Assembly (NCBI GenBank): GCA_903859815.1
Contig: CAIOOA010000303.1
Coordinates: 4,513-68,512, forward strand
DNA: 64,000 nucleotides
Source: an uncultured Methylococcaceae bacterium
GTDB lineage: Bacteria; Pseudomonadota; Gammaproteobacteria; Methylococcales; Methylococcaceae
Reading direction: 5' to 3'
The translations under genes were made by a program, and so were the position numbers. The notes under the pieces were generated by a model. That model did not search any database and was not told the origin of the DNA. It was given only the letters and a program-made list of their open reading frames with translations. Positions 27,796-37,562 of the stretch are shown one piece after another. Position 1 is the stretch's first letter, and each line of letters starts with the position of its first letter.

Positions 27796-28509
27796 TTAAG
27801 GGGTCATCTCTTGTATAATCCTATCAACATCATTGTGAAAAACTTCAGCTTGTGAACAGATTTTGCGAATCGTATTCCAGTTATTATAAATGCTGTAAGC
27901 ATGACGTATGTATACAGTCTTTGATTTCCTTATGCGTTTTACTTTCGGTAAATTAGCTAATTGGGTCGCCATGCCTTGATTGCACTCAAGCTCTCGGAGT
28001 AGCTTAGCATCTTCATCTTCACGAAAAACTGCTGCGGCAAGCCAAGCTTCACTGGACTTGGACGGTATACAGAACACCGATTTTCTGCCTAAATTTGCAA
28101 CCCCCAACCAAGATAAAAAAACAATTTTGAGCTTTTCGATAGTATCTGATGCTGGTGGACAAGGTGATGAGCAAGGCAATGATGCCAAGGCTTCTTCCTG
28201 AGCCATATTAGCTACGTTAACACCATAGTCGGCATATGATTTGTCCGCTACGTCGGCATCCAGATGTAAAATTACCATGTCGAAAAGTTCAAGTGTCGGA
28301 TCGCTCTCTACCGTAGCACAGCCCCGTACATGAAATTCCCGACACCACTTCATCACTTTGCCCCAGCCCTCTCCAAGATCCGGTCGAGTCCCTACCGGCG
28401 GTTGGTAGGTCAGAATAAATGGACAAGGCAATATTGCTTTTAACGCTGCTTCGATAATGACCTGATCAGTAGTCCCTTCCGCCACCAAGGCAATACGTAA
28501 ATCAGACAT
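27796..28509 (-). CDS. small TOPRIM-like protein (E ... DxD), partner of the upstream ATPase
   Basis: 237 aa. IALVAEGTTDQVII (Glu11) and MVILHLDADVAD (Asp84-x-Asp86). 8-bp overlap with the ATPase gene. Confidence 0.55.
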   Translation of the reverse strand: MSDLRIALVAEGTTDQVIIEAALKAILPCPFILTYQPPVGTRPDLGEGWGKVMKWCREFHVRGCATVESDPTLELFDMVILHLDADVADKSYADYGVNVANMAQEEALASLPCSSPCPPASDTIEKLKIVFLSWLGVANLGRKSVFCIPSKSSEAWLAAAVFREDEDAKLLRELECNQGMATQLANLPKVKRIRKSKTVYIRHAYSIYNNWNTIRKICSQAEVFHNDVDRIIQEMTP

Positions 28510-29704
28510 TCGGTATCGCCCCTAGGCTCCCCATCAGCCAAAGCCTTGAAAGTGGATAGTCATTGTTGAGTGCTGCCAAACGATCTGTTAGCAGGATGCG
28601 GTTGACTCTGGTATGACCGTCGCTGTTGCGATCCACAGCAAACAGACGAATTTCATTATCCGTTAAATCAAGTCCATCAAGTACGGCAGGGTTATGTGCG
28701 GTGAACAGGATTTGTCGCCCCTTCTTGTTAACCAGATTTAGCCATTCACCGAGCTTGCTGGTTAAGCGGGTCACTAGACGTGGATTTAAAGCTTGGTCTA
28801 GGTTGTCTATTGCAAATAATCTAGGGGATTTGGGAGATAGGCAGAGTATCGCCGTGAACAGCACATACAATGCACCTTCACTGGCATCCGAGGCAGTAAG
28901 AGTATTGCGCTCTTTCCTCATATAGCGGTCAGTGAACTTTAAAACTTCTTGGGTGCGCGCCACAGAAGGTGAAAGTAGGGAACCTGCCGCATTTGTCGCT
29001 TCGATGTCAACAACCCAATCAACTAATTCAAAGACGCTGTTTAGAAGGTCTTCGTCCTTGTCGAGAATGTCTTTGCGCAATTCTGCGAATGCTTCAGCTA
29101 AGCGACCACCCGAAAGCCCGACTGGTTCCCGTGATTGGGGATCACCCACCATGCCGCGCAAAGCAGGGGTGTTGGGGGAGTAAATCGCGTAATTTTGCAA
29201 GCGCCGCATCAGTTTAAATGCCTTATTTTCCTTGTTTAACTCCAAGATTTTCAACGCTGCAAGTCCCTGTGTCGAGTCTAGATTCTTCTTACCGCGCACT
29301 CCGTCTGATACGATTTCATTTTTTCCATCGTCAGTTAAAAATTCGGTTTTAAATGCCCAAGCCGGTTCCGGGTTCTCCAATGGATTAAGCAGCGAAATCC
29401 GATATTCCTGTTTGTTGATACCCGAAGCGGAAATAGCAATATGCGCTGGGGTTCTTTCAGTTTCAAAAGAAGATTTATAAAGGCGCGGTAAGCCGGGGCG
29501 TACACCACGACGCAACAGGGCTTCGTCATCCACCACTCCATTCGCCGCTGCGCCTAGTACACCAATTGCCTCTAAGATATTGCTTTTGCCTACGCCATTG
29601 GCTCCAATAAAACAATTGACCCTACCCAATTCCAAAGTCATTTCAGGGATAGATTTGAAACCGTTGATTGTAATTTTGCGAATCAATGAAATCTCCAAGT
29701 ACAA
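28502..29704 (-). CDS. ABC/SMC-like ATPase with non-canonical Walker B
   Basis: 400 aa. Walker A GANGVGKSN, signature-like ASDASEGALYV, Walker B position reads RLFAIDNLDQALNP (DN instead of DE), FTAHNP. The C-terminal LSRLWLMGSLGAIP is similar to the tail of the 25210-26298 protein. A likelier start is the TTG at 29686, preceded by GGAG. Confidence 0.75.
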   Translation of the reverse strand: MYLEISLIRKITINGFKSIPEMTLELGRVNCFIGANGVGKSNILEAIGVLGAAANGVVDDEALLRRGVRPGLPRLYKSSFETERTPAHIAISASGINKQEYRISLLNPLENPEPAWAFKTEFLTDDGKNEIVSDGVRGKKNLDSTQGLAALKILELNKENKAFKLMRRLQNYAIYSPNTPALRGMVGDPQSREPVGLSGGRLAEAFAELRKDILDKDEDLLNSVFELVDWVVDIEATNAAGSLLSPSVARTQEVLKFTDRYMRKERNTLTASDASEGALYVLFTAILCLSPKSPRLFAIDNLDQALNPRLVTRLTSKLGEWLNLVNKKGRQILFTAHNPAVLDGLDLTDNEIRLFAVDRNSDGHTRVNRILLTDRLAALNNDYPLSRLWLMGSLGAIPNV

Positions 29705-29835
29705 TCTGAGTAGTTTTCTCGATGACTTTTAGCACCTTGAATCCATTTATGGTTCGCAATAAACATTAAAATCCAAGGCTTTTGTGCGAATCATTCAGCA
29801 AAACTGCATAGACACTTGCAATTCAATACCTCAAT

Positions 29836-30507
29836 TTATCGGTTTCCGCTCGTCGGCTGAACAGGCTTTGCCGCTACAGGTTTACTACTCGAAGACGTTG
29901 TCGGTTTTGCCGTGCTGGTATTCTTCGCAGCCGGTTTTGCAGTTTTGAGTGCCTTCAAATCTGCTTGGGCAACCTCATCCCCTTGCTCGGCAGCTTTCCT
30001 CAGCCAGAGCGCGGCTTGCGTTACATCCTTCTTCACGCCTTGACCATCGCGATAAGCCAAGCCGAGATTATGTTGCGCCTGGGGGAAACCTTGATCGGAA
30101 GCCTTGCGGAACCAGTCGACTGCTTGCCCATAATCTTGGGTGACACCTTGCCCTTGCTTATAGAGTATTCCTAGGTTATTCTGCGCTTGCGGCAAGCCTT
30201 GGAGGGCGGCCTTGCGATACCATTGAGCGGCTTGTGTGTAATCTTGATCCACACCTTGACCCGTATCATAAGCCATGCCTAAATTATATTGGGCTTTGGC
30301 ATCACCTTGATCGGCCGCTTTGCGGAACATTTCAGCGGCAAGTTTGTAATCCTTGCGTTGATACGCATCCTTCGCAGCTTGCATGGACGATTGCGGGGTT
30401 TCCTCGGTGCCAGTCTTCACCGCTTGGGTACAGGCAATCAAACCCGAAACTGAAACCCAAAAGACCACACCCAAACGTAACACGGAACGCAGTTTCATCT
30501 TCATCAC
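29836..30507 (-). CDS. Sel1-repeat lipoprotein
   Basis: 223 aa. Lipobox LIAC. About 4 Sel1 repeats (AQWYRKAALQG.P.AQNNLG..Y..GQGV..D). Ser/Pro/Lys-rich tail. Confidence 0.8.
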   Translation of the reverse strand: MMKMKLRSVLRLGVVFWVSVSGLIACTQAVKTGTEETPQSSMQAAKDAYQRKDYKLAAEMFRKAADQGDAKAQYNLGMAYDTGQGVDQDYTQAAQWYRKAALQGLPQAQNNLGILYKQGQGVTQDYGQAVDWFRKASDQGFPQAQHNLGLAYRDGQGVKKDVTQAALWLRKAAEQGDEVAQADLKALKTAKPAAKNTSTAKPTTSSSSKPVAAKPVQPTSGNR

Positions 30508-30653
30508 CTTAGTTTAAAATTTTTTAGGAAACCATCCAGTGCGGTAACCAACCTTTTCAAGCGCTATTCACATGGGCAGGGTGATTGAATAATCCTTGCC
30601 CGTCATCCAGTATCACTCGTCAGTTACCCATAAGCTCGCAGAACGAATTATTA

Positions 30654-32384
30654 TTACATCCCACCCTTGGCACCAGGATTGTAACCCTGCTGCATTGCCT
30701 TCATTTTTAGTTCGTTGGCCAAATCGGAGTTACGCTCTACGCCAATGCCATCTTGATAGGCAAGACCCAAGGTATATTGGGCAGGGGGATAATTCTGGTC
30801 CGCCGCCTTGCGTATCCACTCGACAGCAAGCTTATCGTCTTGAGGCACACCCTGACCGTTATGATAAAAAACCCCGAGACTGAACTGTGAAGGGGCATAG
30901 CCTTGCTCGGCTGCTTTGCGGAACCAAGCGGCAGCTTGGGCTTCGTCCTGCTTTATCGAGGTTCCCGTCTGATAGGAAACTCCGAGACTATGCTGAGCAT
31001 TGGCAAGACCCTTATCAGCGGCTTTTTGCACCCATTGTAGGGCTTGGTTCTCATCTAGCGGAACTCCTTGCCCATTATGATATAAAAGTGCAAGATTGTA
31101 TTGCGCCATTACATGCCCTTGATCGGCCGCCTTGCGATACCATTGCGCTGCTTGGGTAAGGTCGCGAACCACGCCTTGGCCCTCTTGGTATACATAACCT
31201 AGTCTGTATTGAGCATTTGCGTCCCCTTTTTCTGCCGCTTTGCGGGTATCGACAAGCGTGGAGTCCTCGGTTGCCGCTTGGGTGGCTTTGGGGGGACGGA
31301 AACCTTGAACCATTGCCTTCAGTTTCAGTTCATTGGCTTTTTCGTTGTTTCTTTCGACACCGCGACCAGATTCGTACAATAAACTTAAGGCATATTGCGC
31401 ATTGGCAAAGCCCTGTTCAGCCGACTTAGCATACCAAACGGCAGCTTGCGAATCGTCTTGGGCGACACCCAAGCCATCTTGATGCAATGCGCCCAACACA
31501 AATTGGGCATTCGCATTGCCCTGCTCGGCGGCTTTGCGAAACCATGCGGCGGCTTCTTGATGGTTTTTTGCGCGCAACGCGACAAAGCCCTCCCTGACTT
31601 GGGCAAGCGCTGAGCCTTGCTCGGCCGCCTTGCGATACCACAAGTTTGCTTGGCCCAAATCTTTTGCAACACCTTGCCCCTTCTCGTAAGCATAGGCCAG
31701 GTTGTATTGCCCATACGGTGAACCACTATCGGCCGCCCTGCGATACCACTGCGCGGCTTGCTCTAAATCTTTGGGGACACCCTTGCCCTGTTCGTAAAGC
31801 TGGCCTAAGTTTATTTGCGATGAGGCATCCCCCCGTTCGGCTGCTTTACGAAACCACTTGACCGCTTGGTTAAAGTCTTGTTGCTGGACGCCCTGTCGAT
31901 CCCGATACATCACCCCCAGGTTACCCATAGCCTTGGCATCCCCTTGATCAGCCGCCTTGCGATACCACAAAAGGGCGCTGGCATAGTCTTGAGGTATCCC
32001 CTTGCCCGTATAGTAATAATTTCCCAAGGCTTGCTGTGCTTCAATTGCTCCCTGTTCGGCAGCCCGACTTATCCATTGGAAGGCTTGAGCATAATCTTGT
32101 GGGACACCCTGCCCAAATTGGTATTGCATTCCCAAATTGTATTGTGCCCACGCATCGCCAAGGTCACCTGCCTTTTGCAGCCATTCAGCCGCGTGGACAA
32201 AATCCTTGCGCTCATAGGCTTCCTTGGCTGCTTCGTGGGCGTCACGAACCGATTTCTGCATGTTGGCAACTTCAGTTTCTTGACTGAGTGATCGCTCTTG
32301 CGACAAGGAAAAATTTTGCAACGGCAGGGAAATCGAGGTGGAACTCATGGCAAGCAAACAAGCAGCCACTGCCAATCGCCACAT
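30654..32384 (-). CDS. large Sel1-repeat protein
   Basis: About 576 aa from the ATG at 32384 (the ORF track starts at the TTG at 32414). Signal peptide. About 14 Sel1 repeats of the WYRKAA(E/D)QG...AQ.NLG type. Confidence 0.8.
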   Translation of the reverse strand: MWRLAVAACLLAMSSTSISLPLQNFSLSQERSLSQETEVANMQKSVRDAHEAAKEAYERKDFVHAAEWLQKAGDLGDAWAQYNLGMQYQFGQGVPQDYAQAFQWISRAAEQGAIEAQQALGNYYYTGKGIPQDYASALLWYRKAADQGDAKAMGNLGVMYRDRQGVQQQDFNQAVKWFRKAAERGDASSQINLGQLYEQGKGVPKDLEQAAQWYRRAADSGSPYGQYNLAYAYEKGQGVAKDLGQANLWYRKAAEQGSALAQVREGFVALRAKNHQEAAAWFRKAAEQGNANAQFVLGALHQDGLGVAQDDSQAAVWYAKSAEQGFANAQYALSLLYESGRGVERNNEKANELKLKAMVQGFRPPKATQAATEDSTLVDTRKAAEKGDANAQYRLGYVYQEGQGVVRDLTQAAQWYRKAADQGHVMAQYNLALLYHNGQGVPLDENQALQWVQKAADKGLANAQHSLGVSYQTGTSIKQDEAQAAAWFRKAAEQGYAPSQFSLGVFYHNGQGVPQDDKLAVEWIRKAADQNYPPAQYTLGLAYQDGIGVERNSDLANELKMKAMQQGYNPGAKGGM

Positions 32385-32513
32385 TTGCGAATTATTCACC
32401 CATTTTCTCCACAAAGTCCAACCGTTTAAAATATCTTATCAAAAGCTGACAACGCTTAAACATGGAGTTTATAGGTAAATGATGCCATGAGGATGATTGA
32501 TGCGGTGTCATTA

Positions 32514-33815
32514 CTAGCCCAAAGTTTCCAAACGAATTAATTTTATTGATTTATTGATTGTGGGCAGTGCTTCGATTTCTGCCACTGCCGCCTTCAATTC
32601 ACGTTCCAAGGTTTTATGGGTAAGCATGATGATGGGCACAAATGTCTCCCCGGCATGGGGTTCCTTCTGGAGTATGGCTTCAATGCTAATGTTGTGGTTA
32701 GCCAAAATGCGTGTCACATTCGCCAACACACCTGGCTTGTCCTCGGCTGACAGGCGCAAGTAATAAGCGGTCTTGACGGCCTCAATCGGCAATATGGGTA
32801 TGTCAGTGATATGCTGCGGCTGAAAAGCCAAATGTGGAACCCGGTTTTCCGGGTCCGATGTGAGCGTCCTCACTACATCGACAATATCGGCAACCACAGC
32901 CGATGCCGTAGGCTCGGCCCCGGCCCCCGCCCCGTAGTAGAGCGTCGGACCAACGGCATCGCCTTTGACCAACACGGCATTCATCACTCCGTCAACATTG
33001 GCTATCAACCGGCGTTCGGGGATCATCGTGGGGTGAACTCGCAATTCCACACCCAGTTCGGTCCGGCGGGCAAGACCCAGCAACTTGATCCGATAACCCA
33101 ATTCTTCGGCATAGGCGACATCGACACGGCTAATGCCGCTTATCCCTTCAATATAAACCTTGTCAAACTGCAAGGGAATGCCAAATGCAATGGAGGCCAG
33201 TATGGTAAGCTTATGGGCGGCATCGATGCCTTCCACATCGAAGGTGGGATCGGCTTCGGCATACCCTTTTGCCTGAGCCTCTGCCAGCACGTCGGTAAAT
33301 TCACGACCCTTGTCCCGCATTTCAGTGAGAATGAAATTGCAAGTCCCATTGATGATGCCCGCCACCCATTCGATCTTATTTCCGGTCAAACCCTCGCGCA
33401 ATGCCTTGATGATCGGTATGCCCCCGGCAACGGCGGGCTCGAAGGCAACCATCAAGCCCATCTCGCTGGCTTTCGCAAATATTTCGTTGCCATGTTTCGC
33501 AATCAATGCCTTATTGGCGGTCACCACATGCTTGCCATTGGCAAGGGCGGTGAGGATGAGTTGCTTGGCCGGTTCTTCGCCCCCAATCAGTTCGACAACA
33601 ATATCCACCTCGGGATCGTTGACAACCTCAAAACCGTCTTCCGTCAATGGAATGCCGGTCGTGTCGCAGGTGCATTTCCCTCTGGCCGCAGCCCGGTAGA
33701 TTTGAATCTCCCGCCCTGCCCTGCGGCTAATTTCCGAGGCATTTCTACGCAATACATTGACGGTGCCGCCACCGACAGTGCCCAGTCCGAGCAAACCAAT
33801 TTTTACGGGCTTCAA
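32514..33815 (-). CDS. hom: homoserine dehydrogenase
   Basis: 433 aa. NAD site IGLLGLGTVGGG, the conserved catalytic domain, and a C-terminal ACT domain. Confidence 0.93.
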   Translation of the reverse strand: MKPVKIGLLGLGTVGGGTVNVLRRNASEISRRAGREIQIYRAAARGKCTCDTTGIPLTEDGFEVVNDPEVDIVVELIGGEEPAKQLILTALANGKHVVTANKALIAKHGNEIFAKASEMGLMVAFEPAVAGGIPIIKALREGLTGNKIEWVAGIINGTCNFILTEMRDKGREFTDVLAEAQAKGYAEADPTFDVEGIDAAHKLTILASIAFGIPLQFDKVYIEGISGISRVDVAYAEELGYRIKLLGLARRTELGVELRVHPTMIPERRLIANVDGVMNAVLVKGDAVGPTLYYGAGAGAEPTASAVVADIVDVVRTLTSDPENRVPHLAFQPQHITDIPILPIEAVKTAYYLRLSAEDKPGVLANVTRILANHNISIEAILQKEPHAGETFVPIIMLTHKTLERELKAAVAEIEALPTINKSIKLIRLETLG

Positions 33816-33850
33816 ATCGCTGTCCTCTAAAGTTAGGGGGAAGATGCAAA

Positions 33851-35035
33851 TTATACCGAGTTGTCTGAGCGGAACATATTGCGGATTCCGCGAATGGCCT
33901 GACGGGTGCGATGCTCGTTTTCGATGAGGCTGAAGCGCACATGATCGTCGCCATATTCTCCGAAACCGATTCCCGGCGACACGGCAACTTTGGCATCAAT
34001 CAAAAGTTTCTTGGCAAAATCCAAGGAACCCAATTCACGGTATTGTTCGGGAATCGGAACCCAAACAAACATCGTAGCCTTAGGCTTTTCCACTGCCCAA
34101 CCAACGTCGTTCAAACCCTTGCATAGAGTGTCCCGTCGATGGAGGTACAATTGGCGTATTTCCTCAACGCAATCCTGCGGCCCTTCCAGTGCGGTGATCG
34201 CAGCAACTTGGATGGGGGTGAACGTTCCATAATCCAAATAGGACTTTATCTTCCCCAAGGCTGCAACCAGTTCGCGGTTTCCGCACATGAAGCCGACGCG
34301 CCAACCCGGCATGTTATAACTCTTGGACAGGGTGAAAAACTCAACCGCCACATCCATGGCTCCGGGGACTTGCAGGATGGACGGGGCAACATACCCGTCA
34401 AACACCAAGTCGGCATAAGCCAAGTCATGCACCACCCAAATCTTATACTCCCTCGCCATTTCCACGACCTTTTCGAAAAAATCCATTTCGACGCATTGGG
34501 TGGTGGGATTTCCGGGAAAGTTTAAGACCAGCATCTTAGGCTTCGGCCAAGACAATTTAATCGCCTTTTCCAATTCGGCAAAAAAATCCACGCCGTCCAC
34601 TAGGGGGACATGACGGACATCGGCCCCGGCTATGATACAGCCGTATGGGTGAATAGGATAAGCCGGGTTGGGTACAAGCACAGCGTCGCCTGGGCCCAAG
34701 GTGGCAAGCATTAAATGCGCCAAGCCTTCTTTGGAACCGATTGTAGTAATGGCCTGGTAATCCGGGTCCAATTCCACCCCGTATCGGGTCAGGTACCAAT
34801 TGCAAATGGCTTTGCGCAGCCGAAGAATTCCTTTGGAAACCGAATAACGGTGTGCCGAAGGTTTTTGGGCGACCTCGATCAGTTTGTCAACAATGTGTTG
34901 CGGCGTAGGCCGGTCAGGGTTGCCCATGCCAAAATCAATGATATCTTCGCCTTGTGCGCGTTGCTTGGCTTTCAGCTCGTTGACAATATTGAAAACATAG
35001 GGGGGCAAACGTTTGATGCGTTGAAACTCTTCCAT
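33851..35035 (-). CDS. class I/II PLP-dependent aminotransferase (AlaC-like)
   Basis: 394 aa. LPPYVF N-terminus, NPGNPTT-like region, [12 protein letters not shown] with the PLP lysine. Confidence 0.88.
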   Translation of the reverse strand: MEEFQRIKRLPPYVFNIVNELKAKQRAQGEDIIDFGMGNPDRPTPQHIVDKLIEVAQKPSAHRYSVSKGILRLRKAICNWYLTRYGVELDPDYQAITTIGSKEGLAHLMLATLGPGDAVLVPNPAYPIHPYGCIIAGADVRHVPLVDGVDFFAELEKAIKLSWPKPKMLVLNFPGNPTTQCVEMDFFEKVVEMAREYKIWVVHDLAYADLVFDGYVAPSILQVPGAMDVAVEFFTLSKSYNMPGWRVGFMCGNRELVAALGKIKSYLDYGTFTPIQVAAITALEGPQDCVEEIRQLYLHRRDTLCKGLNDVGWAVEKPKATMFVWVPIPEQYRELGSLDFAKKLLIDAKVAVSPGIGFGEYGDDHVRFSLIENEHRTRQAIRGIRNMFRSDNSV

Positions 35036-35198
35036 CCTAGGCTCTTTTTGTGAAATTAATAATTTTAAGGCAAAGACTCATCATTGTGAAAAGCCTTAGC
35101 CAAGGCGGCAACCTTTGGAAGCCGGGCTAATTTAACCAAAAAAACAATTAAAAATACTGTTGTAGAGGCCAACTGTCAACGGCTGAAGCCATATAAGC

Positions 35199-35612
35199 TT
35201 ATTTGTCCACCTTGTCTTTTCTCGCTTCCCCGAGCATCGGCTGGCCTCTACTCAGCCGTGTCCACCCTTGACCGATACGATAAACCAGCCACAAAACGGT
35301 TGGTGCCAAGATGAAAACCCCAATCGGTGTCGCTAGGGTGGGTATGGCAATGATAAATCCTATTAAACTAAACCAGAATGTGTTTAATTGCCAGCGCAGA
35401 TGCGATTCCACCCAAGTTCCCTTCGCCTGCTTTCGTTTCCAAAGAACAAGCAAAGGCGCAATGAAGTAAGTGACCACCAAGGGCATGGTGGCCGCTTGCA
35501 AGGCGTAAACCACTGTGGCTAAATTTTTCAATGCCTTGATTTCGCTTGCGGTTTTTTGTGGTTCTGGGGTGATCATCGAAAGCCTCCGGTGGGATGTGGT
35601 CGTTTTAAACAA
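35199..35612 (-). CDS. small integral membrane protein
   Basis: 137 aa with 3-4 hydrophobic segments. No recognisable catalytic motif. Confidence 0.5.
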   Translation of the reverse strand: MFKTTTSHRRLSMITPEPQKTASEIKALKNLATVVYALQAATMPLVVTYFIAPLLVLWKRKQAKGTWVESHLRWQLNTFWFSLIGFIIAIPTLATPIGVFILAPTVLWLVYRIGQGWTRLSRGQPMLGEARKDKVDK

Positions 35613-35614
35613 GC

Positions 35615-37320
<1,706 letters not shown>

Positions 37321-37562
37321 ATGTGCTAAGATTCCTGATCGAAAAATTCTTAATTGCTGTTGATGATGATGCGTTAGAATGTGCCATTATCGTATTATTT
37401 CACCACAAAACCGCGCCCTTAAGATATGCCACCTTTGTTTATACAATTTTTAAGCAAACAAATTTTGATGCCAGCCACGATCATCATCATGCATGAAATG
37501 CCTTCTTCCGAAGGATTTCCTGTTATTTAATGTTTACTCTGACTCGCATTGGTCGCGGAACA

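Noticed and set aside
32811-33830. 339-aa ORF on the plus strand.
   Set aside because: It is entirely antisense to hom, whose product has unmistakable homoserine dehydrogenase motifs. Its composition (Gly/Pro/Arg-rich) is typical of antisense frames of GC-rich genes. The same reasoning applies to the other antisense ORFs listed inside thrC, the histidine kinase, hsdR, hsdM, proA and algC.
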